Shown one piece after another: positions 51,696-64,000 of a DNA stretch of 64,000 bases (positions within the stretch are counted from its first letter, which is position 1; each line of letters opens with the position of its first letter). A program made the position numbers and the translations under genes. The notes below the pieces were generated by a model that saw only the letters and a list, made by a program, of their open reading frames with translations, was not told the DNA's origin and did not search any database. Location: NCBI RefSeq assembly GCF_031769215.1, contig NW_026781912.1, positions 992,001 to 1,056,000 on the forward strand, written 5' to 3'. This DNA is from Ylistrum balloti (lineage: Eukaryota).

Positions 51696-51924
51696 GGGTG
51701 GTCATGTGGCGCAGTGGTAACGCACTCGCCTTTCACCTTGCCATCTAGGGTTTCAATTCCCAGAACATACGTGAAAAAGTAAGGGTCACCTGCCCGACCA
51801 CATGGTTTTTCCCCGGTACCCCAGTTTCCTCCCACAATAAGACCCCTCGTGTGCTTACATCCGGGCTAACAAGAGTGATTAGTATAAGTTGAAATAACTT
51901 GTTTTGCAATTGTTGTAAAATAAA
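51696..51924 (+). mobile_element. tRNA-derived SINE with Deu/Nin-like core
   Basis: A box TGGCGCAGTGG (51707-51717), B box GGTTTCAATTCC (51749-51760), core ggtttttccccggtaccccagtttcctcccaca (51804-51835), and an AAATAAA end. Confidence 0.85.
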
Positions 51925-52378
51925 CACAGTTAATATCTGATATTTTATTTGATTTTCAACTCTACCAAAAGGTCAAAGTAATTTGTTAAGCTATGATTAT
52001 TCATTGAGTTTGAAATGAAATAACTTTGATATGTGATAACCTCCTTCACTGACATGGTTAGGGTATCTATTCATAACAACACTTGAAATTTTAACTAGGG
52101 ATAACAAAATCTGAAAATCATGTCACAGACAACCCCAGAATTAAATATATTGAACTTTGAATCAAACTGGAAAGGCAGCATTCAATGCTACATCATTATC
52201 CGGTAATAAGCCCACCGTCCTATTTTGAGTCACAGACTATCTTCTGGCCTCTTGTACTTATCACGGGACACATACTGATTATGATATCTATAGACTCTGA
52301 ATATGAATTATAAGGTAAAGCAAGCCACTTAACTGTATAATCAGTTAAATGACAAGAAAACTGCATAGGTTGTATACA

Positions 52379-52449
52379 GCTGTTATACTCAGAGGTTGTA
52401 TAAAGCTGTTATACTCAGAGGTTGTATAAAGCTGTTATACTCAGAGGTT
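52379..52449. repeat. 26-bp tandem repeat, ~3 copies
   Basis: gctgttatactcagaggttgtataaa. Confidence 0.9.
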
Positions 52450-53054
52450 TTTGAAAATAAAGCAAGACAACCAGATTTATCAATTTTTTGCCTTTTTAGC
52501 TTTGCTGGGTCCATCTGCAATGAAATGAAAATGAACACGTTAAACAAAACAATAAAAGCAACAGCGCAATAACAAAAAGCCAAATTAAAAGAGTTGTTTA
52601 ATGCAAACTGATGAAAAAATATTCAAAGTAAATTAAATGGACAGAAAGTATGTTCATTAAACATAGATATAATACTTACTTTTCAACATCATTGTACTTC
52701 TACATGAAAATGCTTGACTTTTTCAAAACTTATAAGAATTCTAGCACTACATACTGTTATAACTCTGATCTGGTGAAAATTTCTACAGAAAACAAAGCTG
52801 TATATTAATGTATCTGACAACTACTTTACTTGACCTAGATAAACAATCCTTAAGAAACATCAATCATATAACTGACCTAACAAATTCAATGTCATCTTCA
52901 ATACGTAACTTTGACTTAGTCTTAAAGAACCAATACTGTTGTATTTCCTGCCCAACTATTAAATGATATACAGAACAAATTAGGATTAAGACGGAACAAC
53001 AGAAAGAATGAGATGTTAAACAAGATATTTATAAATCACTGGTTTCTGTATCTA

Positions 53055-56000
53055 TTACACCCCCGAATCAAACCCACCACTTATGTCAGCCTTGGGTGGT
53101 GTGAAGTGTTTTTGGAGTGACTGCCAGCACTTGTAATATGTATTGTCCACTTTGGTCTTATTGCCCCACTTTGTCACGGTAAAACTGAAGGATGACTCAA
53201 ACATAAAGGCCTGAAATGGGAAAACAGTTTAATTACTCATGTATACATTTCTATTTTCCATAATAACTGGACGTATTGTGAAACAGAAATTGTCCTCTAA
53301 ACACTAAGGCAACCTCCTGCTATATATCCATCTTTTTAATTGTTAGTATTTTCAAGACAGACACAAAACACCACATTAGGTTCTGAAAAATCAGTAAAAG
53401 AATATTAGCAATCATATTTACTTTCAAAATGATGCAACCCATTTAAGTTATGATAGTTCAGCAGTTACTGAAGATAGCTAGAGCTTTTGTTTCATATAAA
53501 TCAATCTTAATGTTCATGCTTACTATTCATGGTCCCTATGAACCTATCATAAACAAATATTATCGTTGAAAACATATTACTGCAATGTTCTTATGTATGT
53601 ATCCTTGTTTACCTTGAAAATCTTTTTAACAGTAGTTACTGAACCAATAAATGATGTTAGGATTATATTTGATGTCAACATGAATGACCATGATCACTCT
53701 AAATGAGATCTTCATTTATAAAACTGTTTCATCTATCTCCACTTTGATAGATAAGACATTTTGTTGGATGACACAGTATTTTATAGGTCTGTGGGACAAA
53801 ATGACCCCAAGAGAATTCTAGGAGAAGTTTAGAACGTTTTAGTATCACTAGCTTTGTAAAAGGTATACCCATGACGTCTTAAATGAAAATGACAAATCTA
53901 TGGTAAAGAGTGAAAAATAAAATTACATTCTGCCTGTAAATCAGAGATAAAATTGAACTTCTGTCTGCAGATTTTAACTTTTCTTAATTCCCACTCATAA
54001 TAAATTCATTTTTAAACATAAATAGTTATTTAAAAAACAATTGACAATAATCAAATCAAGTCTTGATTTCCATATTATTATTGTACAACTACATACTAAT
54101 TACAGTCTCTATTGGTATACATTAAAGACAGAATGCGTGAAAAGCAACTGCCCAACACTATATGCCTGCAACCTCAAAGTGGCAAGGGGTTATGAAAAGA
54201 AGAATTCCAATAGTCACAAAACACCAGAAGTCCCAGCTTCTTACCATCGTACCGTCCGCAACACGCTGTGGTTTCAGGGCAGCGTTTGAAGCACCTTCAA
54301 AGCATTTTGCGTCAGGACCATGAGGAGTCATCATGCTGTGAAGACTTCCGCCACCCGGTTGAAATCCTTCTTCCTTAAAAGATATAAGAACAAACACTGA
54401 TGCACGCTCCTGTCATATAAATTTCTCTAATTATCTGTGATCATATTTTCATTACATAATTGAATAGGTTTACTGTAGGATTTTCAACATTTAATATTGG
54501 TCTATGAAAGTACTGAAGCAATGTCTGTGTCAATAAGATACTGTTTCAATATAAGAATAATATTTCATAAGATGTTTTAACAATAAACTCCTGATCTTGT
54601 TAGCTTGTGTGTTTGTAGGGTTTATCTTCCCATGAACAATTAGTGTCAATTTGAAGTGGGTTTTTCCTTGCAAAACATGTTGGAGACCCATCAGATGGTA
54701 TCCAAAGCAATCTGAATAAAGAGTCTTGCCCAGGGACACAACCATGGCAGCCCTGACAGTCCTTGTTCATTCTGAGAGACAGTCCCAGGTAGCATTTGAA
54801 CAACATTACTTATATCTTTACTTAAGCTTGGTACGTTTTGATGCTCTACTAATCAACGGTTATCATAGACTCTAACCATGGTCCTAAATCAAAGGATGAT
54901 GCTCGACTTGATGCTGATAGTAACAACATTCAATGTATAATCTGGAAAAATAAGAAACAACTAAATAGAGGATCTCTAATGGTGTTTAAAGTAATAACAA
55001 ATATATTTAACAACGATGTCTAATATTTTAGCATTTTTCACAAGTGCACAGCACGAGTGAACGATACAAAAAATTTTGACACACGAGTGAAATACATTTG
55101 TTATTGCTAAAAACACTATTAGATATTCTATCTAATACATTTTCACAAGCAAAATAGCCAAATTCCTGACATACTAAGTACAGATATAGAAAGACAAAAC
55201 TGACTATGCTTTTTGTGGCCACTAAAAGTTTAAAATATATCGAACAAAATTTGCTGTAAAGCGTTCAGAGAGAGTTTAATCTGTGACAAGTTAATGCATG
55301 GCTGAAAATAAAACTAGCTGTCGCTGTTGACAAGAATCCTTTTGAAATGTCTAGCTCTAGATCTTCGGTTGAGGATTGGGCTGGATCTCTGATAAGGAAA
55401 TTTTAGTTGCATTGCTTGTTGACTTCCTTTGAAATGAATGTCTACCATGAAAAAGAACGTTTTGTCATTAGTAAACAACCCCTTCAGGTCTCTAGTTTTG
55501 TCATTAGTAAACAACCCCTTCAGGTCTCTAGCTTTGTCATTAGTAAACAACCCCTTCAGGTCTCTGGCTTTGTCATTAGTAAACAACCCCTTCAGGTCTC
55601 TGGTTTTGTCATTAGTAAACAACCCCTTCAGGTCTCTGGTTTTGTTTTTTTGTACCAGGCTTAGTGATTTGTCAATTTTATAAGATGATTTGTGTTCTCT
55701 CTTTTCATTGGTGTTTATATGCAAAAGTTTTATTTTTCACTAGAAAAGAACAAAAATATGTTATCATTCACAAGTGAAAAATAACAATGTGACATTTCTC
55801 TATATTTCAACGCCAAAAATGTAATAAATCTTATTTACCTTTGCTTCATATGATCCATGTATCAAACCCATAAACTCACTCATACAGTTCCCTGTGAAAG
55901 AAACAAATTGATAAAATCATTACATTTTGTGCACCGTTATACAAGTTTAACATATGAACGATTTTCATTTGTATCGATAGAATTATTATCATTTTACACA

Positions 56001-59000
56001 CATTTTCAGTTTTGAACATCCTGCCTTACTGACAGGATAATTGTAATAGTTAAGTGCAATAATTTAATAAGTTCAGGTGTTACCGAAGTTTGAGTTTCTA
56101 GATAAACAAAAGATCTTACTATGATAGTATGGTGGGCGGAATGTGTTGTCAGCCACTCCCCATCTAGGTGGGAATATAACAAAGTCAGCTATAGCCACAC
56201 CTGGTTTAGTTGACTGACAAGTTAGCACAGTAAAGATTGAAGGGTCCTGAAATTGTACATAATTGTAAATACACAAGAGGTAGAGAATAAAATAACTTAC
56301 TGACCTCATAAAATCTATCAATATATACCACTTAAAATTATCTGTATGGCTTTTTCAATATCTTTTGGCGTAAAATATCAAAACTTTTTTCAATGTTCAT
56401 GTGATACATATAAGTATCAATATAATTTGAAAATTGAGTGTTTTTGCTTATTTTCTCTGTATATCAGTTATGTGAAAAACAGAATCTAAAAACTCTCATC
56501 AAATCCTTGTGTCATATCAAACATTACATGGGTTCTTTTGAACAATCTTCCATGTAAGTTGCACTTACCATGTGATCAAAGGAGACTGTATTTACTGTAC
56601 AAAACTTGGCAAGATCATATTTATATGGGGCATAGTTGCCATGCCAAGCAACAACATCAAACGGGGAATGTGTCTGAAAGAAAAAACAAAAATATAAAAT
56701 AATCATTTTTTGATCTTTATATTTTTTTTTCACTCTTATCTCCTCTCATTTGCTATAAATGATATGAAAATTAAGAATTCCTCTCAAGAAAAAGCAAAAA
56801 TAATCTCCATCTGTCAGACAAAAGATAGTCACCTGTCAGTATTTTGTTTTTCTGATAGTCCAAGAATCAAAAGGGCACAACAAGAGACCAAGGCAAACAT
56901 ACATCTGAAAATTGCACTTCTAAAGCAATAGTGGAAAAACTTTCCGTGTCAAAATCCAAGATGGTCAACTGTCAGTCTTTATGTTTCTACAACCGCAATC
57001 ATACTGAAAATAATATGGACACAACTAGAGACCAAAGGGAACCTAGATATCAAATTTGAGAAAGATCCATCTCGTATTTCTGAAGAAAAAACGATACCAG
57101 AATAAAAATCTAAGACAGCTGCCTGTTAGCCAATTTATTTTCTGACCAATTCCAAAATTAAAAGGGTTCAGCTAGGGAAGATGAGTACCAGTATGTGCTT
57201 TTCAAGAAATAATGATAACAAACTATAAGTGTCAAAATCCATCTGTCAATGACGTTGATTTTTGGATCAGTCTGAAAATGGGACAATGCACAACTAGGGA
57301 TCAAGGGGACCCTTCATATGAAATTTTGAATAGATCCATCGAGTACTTCTCACGAAAAGGTGATAACTAGAAAAGTTGAAGGACAGCCGAACTGACGACA
57401 AACAGGGCAATTTGAATAGTCCACCATCTGATGGTACAAATATTAAATGATGGAACCAATACTCCTGAAGTCTTAGAAAGCAGAAATGAAAAGCTTCTAG
57501 GACTCGAATAATAAAATCTCATACCAAATTAATGTCAGATCCTATATGTAAATTATGAAAGTTTCTATTCATAGATCTTGACCCATCATTTTATGATCTA
57601 TATAGGCTCTATAGAAACTGAATCTTTCCCCTTCCTTACTCTTCTATGATCTCATTTGTTCCTAGCTACATATTGTATGGACATGTATTAATCAAACTAA
57701 TTGGCAAAATTTGAGAAGAGGATATAATAGAAGGTCTCCTGTCTATTTTTGAACAACAAAGCCTGAAGGGGATCTAATTATGAAATTTGAGATTAAATAT
57801 TCTGCCAAGTACTTCGTAAGTATTAGAGTTCTTTAAATAAAATTGTTCTAAATGATAATTCCCACCCTCTATACAAAATTAATTCCTATTCACCCAGGGA
57901 TGCTTCAGACAAAATAGGGACAGAAGAAGAATGATTTTAAAGAATTTACTAAATTTCCCCTATTGAGTCCAATCCCTCTGGCCCTGAGGGCTAAACACTC
58001 ACCATTAACACTATATCAGATCCCCATTCTTCTAGGATGCTTTTGATCAATTTTGGTCAAAATCTGCTTCATGGTTCATGACTATTAGTGATAATATTAA
58101 AGGTATGAGATGGCATTCGCTCACTCTGCCTTTTCCGCCAGATGAGATGATAAAGATAACATGCTGTCAGGTTACCCAGGATAAGGTGGTGCAATGTCGA
58201 GGCTGTTTCCTGCTTACCTGACTAGCTTTGAACAGATGACCTTGGTATTTGTTAATGACTGTATATTTGGTTACATCACGGTCTTCATACCAAGCCGATG
58301 GGGTCTGAAAGTCTCGAGGATTAGCAAGACCATTGGCACCTATGGGTAGAAATTCAGGAAACAATTCTAACTAGAATTTTAAGTACAAAAGTGGAAAATT
58401 AACACATCGATACATACAGATGGGAACTTTACTGAGTTACACTTAATAAGGATAAAATGAAAGAAGAAGAAAACCAAATTCCAAAACGTGTGCAAGGTTC
58501 TGACAACTCATTGGCTATAATGATTTCTAAATTTTCATTTCTGTCAAAAATAATTGTAAAAAAGAATGAATGACAAAATGCTAAGTGTAGATAGGCAATC
58601 AGATCCAGCCCAAACCCTTCAGACAAACTTCTAGTATTAAATACATATATTTTCAAGATGCAGATGTTTTACAATATCTCCAAATTAATCAACAGATGGG
58701 AACCATATTTACGAGACATTCATCATAAATCACAGAATATTTTAGCTCTTATGTCTTATAATTAACAGTGTTACAAATTCAAAATTTCCTGAAGGGGTGG
58801 AATTTCAATTTGAATAAATCTGTAAATTCCGTAAGTTAAATTAATCTGATAAATAAAACAAAAATTCAAAATCTGAGTGATAAGCAGGAGTAACAAGCAA
58901 ATGTTTATGATTCAATGCTTAATCAGTTAGAGTTGGTTTGACTTTCTTTCTGTTGCTATGATACAAAAAGCAATGTCTCCCTGACAAATGACAGTATTCT

Positions 59001-62000
59001 GACAACAGGCAATACAATACCTATATAACATTCAGTTCAATGACAACTTACCTATTGGTCCAAGATTAGGTAGTGTAAAGTGATTCTGACAACAGGCAAT
59101 ACAATACCTATATAACATTTAGTTCAATGACAAACTTACCTATTGGTCCCAGATTAGGTAGTGTAAAGTGAATCTGACAACAGGCAATACAATACCTATA
59201 TAACATTCAGTTCAATGACAAACTTACCTATTGGTCCCAGATTAGGTAGTGTAAAGTGACCATTGAATATTTCCAGTATATATCCCCTACTTGGGCCCTC
59301 TACCTCCACATTAAACCGCATTCCTAACTATAACATAAGACCAGTAATTCATGTGTGTATATCACCAAATCTCATCAAATTGAATATTTAGTGATAAATA
59401 AGACAAACTTCAGAATGAAAATAAAGCATCAATGAAGATAAAAACACAGATTCACAAACACTTTTAGAAAACTGTTATTGATTTATAGAATTTCCACATA
59501 CAAGTTACCTATGTATCATAAATACGAAAATTAATGCATGAAGGTACATAAAGATCCCATGAATAGTACACCACTAAAATTTCCTTGAAAATTTTACCCA
59601 TGAGATTCACTCTTATACAAAATTTATATTATTATTATTTATATATACAGTATATATATATATAAAATTTGCATATAAAATTCATCCAAATGTGTAAAAT
59701 TCACCTTACAGAAAATATTCACCCTATCATATAAAATATACCGTAATTCACCCAAATTTACCCTATAAATAGATTTCACTCTATGTATAAAATTCACCCT
59801 CATTTATTAAGTTCATCCAATTAATCTGCCTTATTTGTAATGAATTATTCATCATCTATATACAAAATAAACACTTTTGTTACAATCTTCAGGAATTCTG
59901 TAGTGATAATGCTGGAGAACTCTGAACAAATCACAACAAGATGACTGGTTGAAATGTCTCTGGTATATTATCAAAAACACAGAAGATCTATATGTAAAAT
60001 AGTCACCTGAATGATACAAATTTCATTAGGGTTCACTTTCATCTTCCCGAATTCTGTCGTTATCAACAAAGCACCCTGCTGTGGCACTGTTAAAACAAAC
60101 AAATGTTCAATTAGCTGTGAGTCAGGAGAAAGGCTTATTACTGGACCATGAAATAACTTTATTTTTAATTCCACAATCAGAACAGCCAATCAGGGTGGGT
60201 TGTAACAGAAAATGGGCGAACAATCCGATAAATAAATTATTCAAGATTTGCCAACAAAATCAACTTTTTGGTTCTGCTGCATTGTGTTTTTCCCTGTTAG
60301 GATCTACCTACCTATGAAAGTTTAAGTTGATACCTCTTATAATTTTCTGTTATGCTCTGAATTACAATGGATGGACAAACGGATGGACAAATCGGTGACT
60401 TTATGCTCTCCCTTTGGGGAGCATAAATATTACTGTCAAATTACAGAGGACTTGAAAATTTCAGACGAGACGTGTAATGCTTAAGATGTAAATGACTATT
60501 GAGGGATAAGTGACAATACAGAACTCATAATTACCAATAAGCAAATCACCATCTGAATCATAGAAACATCTGTAAAAACAAACAAAAATTAGTATTGTCA
60601 TTGCATTCTATGATACCATAGTCCTACTTTAAGACAAAAGTCAATATATACATGATTCCTAAATCAACACAGATCTGCACTACAGACATCATTCCTGGGT
60701 TTGTCAGAATAAATACAAAAATTCAAACCTTAATTAAAACACATTTTTATGAGGAAAAACTGTTTAATGAATTAAAGAAAAATGTCTTTAAATAAATGAA
60801 AAATAAAAAAACATCATTAAAGGTCTTATCAGCATACATGCAGAAGTAAAAAATCTGAATTAAAACATCTCTCTCATTGTTATATTTTAATGAAGGTAAA
60901 ATGTTTAATAAACTAAAGATAATAAATAAATAGAGATCGTCTAACGTAGAACTTTGCTGTAGTGTATTCGGTCGGATCAGCGTGAGATTCAATAGAGTTC
61001 TTTACTAAGAAAACATAATAAACAAGTACTAATTGTAATAGGGACCATTACAAATGTCCCCCAACAACCATTCAGCAGTAAATGATCACAATAATCAGAC
61101 CTGCAGTCATGCCAAACATGGACTACGCCATTTTGCTCCTAGTGCCACCTAATACATACATACCAATTTTCACTATAATCAGACAATATATAAAATTTGG
61201 CCAAATTTTGACCAAAGCTGACTGCTCAGAGGACCGATCGATGGCCAAATGAAAATGGACTACGCCATTTTGCTCCTATAGTGCCACCTAATACATACAT
61301 ACCAATTTTCACAAAGATCCGACAATATCTCAAATTTGGCCAAATTTTGACCACAGCTGACCGCTCAGATGACTGATCGATGGCCGAACGAAAATGGGAC
61401 TATGCCATTTTGCTCCTATAGTGCCACCTAATACATATATACCAATTTTCACGAAAATTGGACAATATCTCAAATTTGGCCAAATTTTGACCACAGCTGA
61501 CCCCTCAGATGACTGATCAATGGCCGAACAAAAATGGGACTATGCCATTTTGCTCCTATAGTGCCACCTAATACATATATACCAATTTTCACGAAAATTG
61601 GACAATATCTCAAATTTGGCCAAATTTAGACCACAGCTAATTGCTCAGATGACCGATCAATGGCCGAACAAAAATGGGACTATGCCATTTTGCTCCTATA
61701 GTGCCACCTAATACATATATACCAATTTTCACGAAAATTGGACAATATCTCAAATTTGGCCAAATTTAGAACACAGCTAATTGCTCAGATGACTGATCAA
61801 TAGCCAAATGAAAATGGGACTATGCCATTTTGCTCCTAGCTACCTAATACATATATACCAATTTTCACGAAAATCAGACAATATCTAAAATTTGGCCAAA
61901 TTTTGACCACAGATGACTGATTGGAAAAATTCAAGTGGCCTGCACTCCGCCTCACATGTATGAATATGTGTGTAAAGTTTTGTTAAATTCCATGCAATAG

Positions 62001-63798
62001 TTTTTGAGAAACGCGTCGGAAACCTCACCGGCGGAAGAAAGTGGAAGAAATAAGAATAATATAAATAATAAATAATAAAAATAATAAGAAACAGAGCAAA
62101 CACTATATGTCCCCCCACTTCGTTTGGGAGACATAATAAAAAAAGGAAAACTCAACAACATGAAGACTATTTGTGAGAATTGTCTACATGTTTTGGCCTT
62201 TATGCGGCTGTCATCAGGACAAAAATTTATTGTGAAAAAAAATCAGCAAAGGTGTGGAAATGTGGTTCAAGTTACAGTTTGATGTCATTGCAAAGCTGAC
62301 ATTGAAACAATTATTATAGCTTAAAATTGATTGGTTATAACCTAGAAACTTCTGTACATACTGTGTACACTGATTGTCCAGTTCTGAAGGCTGGCTGGAA
62401 GTTAATAAACTAAAGAGAAATGTTACTAAAAGAACTAAAATTAATGAAACAAAAAACAAGCAATGACTACAATGTTGCATTTAAGAGATAATTTTACCAA
62501 GCAAATTATATCTATAACAATTTTGTCATGTACACAGTCAGCCATTTTAGATCAAATGTTAAGTATTTACAGTACAAAACATTGGTGTGAACCAAATTGG
62601 ATGGCAAACAAAATATTCCTTATTTGGAATACCTGATGATATGAGTAAACAATATTTAACTTACTTATCACCCATTGAACTATTACAAGCAAAAATGTGA
62701 ATGGCTGCACCATTTCTGGAACATGGGTCTCCTGCCCCACACAGGGTGGCAATCCCCTGTAACAAGTAAAGAGGGGGTGGAATCAACAAGACTTCTTTAA
62801 CAGAATGCTGAGGTATAGTAAGCCTCTAATTCAGACAAATGCTACATAAAATTGGTCATTTTTAATGGAAACAATTCCGATGTTTTATACTATAGATCTT
62901 ACCTACATAAAATTGGTCATTTTTAATGGAAACAATTCCGATGTTTTATACTATAGATCTTACCTACATAAAATTGGTTATTTTTAATGGAAACAATTGC
63001 GATGTTTTATACTATAGATCTTACCTACATAAAATTGGTCATTTTTAATGGAAACAATTGCGATGTTTTATACTATAGATCTTACCTACATAAAATTGGT
63101 CATTTTTAATGGAAACAATTGCGATGTTTTATACTATAGATCTTACCTACATAAAATTGGTCATTTTTAATGGAAACAATTCCGATGTTTTATACGATAG
63201 ATCTTACCTCCACAAAATCTACTGCCGCGGCTGACTTTTTCGGAATGTCAAATGGAAGCCATCTCAACTACAAAGATGAAATAATCTTTCAGTTAATGTG
63301 TCTCACCATTTTAAAAAATCAGTTTCATCTGTTGAACACACAGGAGTTAATGGCATCCATCTTGATAATATTGATATCATTAGTATATCTGAATGGCATA
63401 TGTTATCAAGACAAGACTATATATTGTCCTAATTTAATTTCGGACTTGTGCCACTTTCAAGACGGATGACAAGGATGCCATCTTTAAAATCTTGTTAACG
63501 CTACTTCTTCAGAACTGAAACTTTTTTCAAGACCAGACTTTGAAAATAAAACTTTCCAGGCAGGTCATAAGTAATAAGATTTTTACTTAAATCTACCATA
63601 AAAAGAAAGTTTTACCCAAGTATTAGAACACCAGGACATTGAAGGTTTACATGTCAAAGGTCATTGTGATATTCACATCAAGAACGTTTTACCTGATTGG
63701 GATTAGGGACAGTGTCCTTCCAGTCTTGTGTCATTAAACCTTGTTCAATGTGCTCAAATGGCATGTGGACAACCGAAGGCCGTATTCTGTACAACCAG
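53055..63798 (-). CDS. HGD: Homogentisate 1,2-dioxygenase, 5'-partial (12 exons in window)
   Basis: Exons 63798-63693, 63267-63208, 62756-62665, 60569-60535, 60086-60007, 59327-59228, 58339-58218, 56673-56569, 56246-56120, 55891-55839, 54373-54245, 53210-53055 (stop); phases consistent. Motifs [51 protein letters not shown] (Fe ligands H/E/H present) and AFMFES. Confidence 0.96.
54590..54765 (-). mobile_element. SINE fragment, same family as 19270-19436
   Basis: Reverse complement reads ggttgtgtccctgggcaagactctttattcagattgctttgg...cccacttcaaattgacactaattgttcatggg...caaacacacaa. Confidence 0.7.
54975..55165. mobile_element. Palindromic MITE-like element, copy 2
   Basis: ctaatggtgtttaaagtaataacaaatatatttaac ... 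gtgaaatacatttgttattgctaaaaacactattag. Shares the caagcaaaatagccaaatt flank with copy 1. Confidence 0.7.
55460..55645. repeat. 36-bp minisatellite, ~5 copies
   Basis: tttgtcattagtaaacaaccccttcaggtctct(a/g)g(t/c). Confidence 0.95.
56830..57435 (+). mobile_element. Decayed copy of the 156-bp-array HINE-like family
   Basis: aaatccaagatgg, caactagagaccaaagggaacc and aaatttgagaaagatccatc motifs; terminus gggcaatttgaatagtccaccatctgatggt. Confidence 0.7.
58996..59259 (-). repeat. 88-bp tandem duplication spanning an HGD exon 3' end and 5' splice site
   Basis: GT donors at 59227, 59139 and 59051; each downstream donor is preceded by a 31-nt copy of the exon end. Confidence 0.93.
60368..60427 (+). 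repeat. Isolated HINE-like 3' terminus (GGAC microsatellite plus hairpin)
   Basis: ggatggacaaacggatggac...tttatgctctccc-ttt-ggggagcataaa. Confidence 0.55.
61118..62137 (+). mobile_element. Helentron/HINE-like element with 140-bp tandem array (~5.7 units)
   Basis: ggacta anchor at 61120, 61257, 61397, 61537, 61677 and 61817. AAT microsatellite, then terminal hairpin tatgtcccccc...tttgggagacata. Confidence 0.85.
62842..63207 (-). repeat. 61-bp tandem array (6 copies) starting exactly at an HGD 5' splice site
   Basis: Sense-strand unit GTAAGATCTATAGTATAAAACATCG(C/G)AATTGTTTCCATTAAAAATGACCAATTTTATGTAG. Confidence 0.95.
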
Positions 63799-64000
63799 CT
63801 TGAAATGAAATTGATTTTGGATGATAGCAAAAATATTTTGGTACAAGGTGCTAGAAATACAGTGACTCACATAGGTATACCTGGACCCATCCCCGTTCGG
63901 TCTATTTTTCACTTAATTTGTTTCATATCTTGTTCATAAGGTATTTACATTGTATTTCAAAGTGGTCAAGAGTGATTTTTAACCTGTAACGTTGACTGAC

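Noticed and set aside
51696-51770. tRNA gene
   Set aside because: A and B boxes are present but there is no complete cloverleaf. It continues into a SINE core and A-rich tail.
52389-52516. Acceptor plus MDPAKLKRQKIDK frame on the minus strand downstream of HGD
   Set aside because: It runs into a 26-bp tandem repeat, and I found no partner exons or homology.
55314-55724. 136-aa ORF with [12 protein letters not shown] repeats
   Set aside because: Translation of an intronic 36-bp minisatellite.
63860-63905. Possible further HGD exon near the window end
   Set aside because: Splice-like signals exist but no frame matches the expected upstream HGD sequence. Exons 1-3 are presumed outside the window.

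Overview
AT-rich eukaryotic (metazoan) genomic DNA with spliceosomal introns. The Helentron/HINE-type satellite elements and SINE families suggest a bivalve mollusc (inference). I assembled seven protein-coding genes by hand from splice signals and reading phase. (1) WARS2, mitochondrial Trp-tRNA synthetase (+, 7 exons, 360 aa). (2) An orphan 296-aa single-coding-exon gene (-). (3) A secreted ependymin-related/LolA-fold-like protein (-, 5 exons, 205 aa) that is almost invisible in the ORF track and needs a GC-AG intron. (4) A putatively N-myristoylated protein with three degenerate cyclic-nucleotide-binding domains (+, 10 exons, 479 aa). (5) Mis18 (-, 5 exons, 308 aa, repetitive C-terminal tail). 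(6) MTRES1/C6orf203 (+, 4 exons), head-to-head with Mis18. (7) The last 12 coding exons of HGD (-), whose 5' end lies beyond the window. Mobile and repeat content: a near-intact Tc1 (DD34E) transposon with one frameshift, tRNA-derived SINEs, many Helentron-like elements with 140-170-bp internal arrays, palindromic MITE-like elements and several minisatellites. Most striking: two HGD introns begin with tandem arrays whose units each read GT...AG (chains of AG|GT junctions), and a 36-bp palindrome recurs near the 5' ends of three genes. No CRISPR, rRNA or true tRNA gene found. Coordinates were counted by hand.
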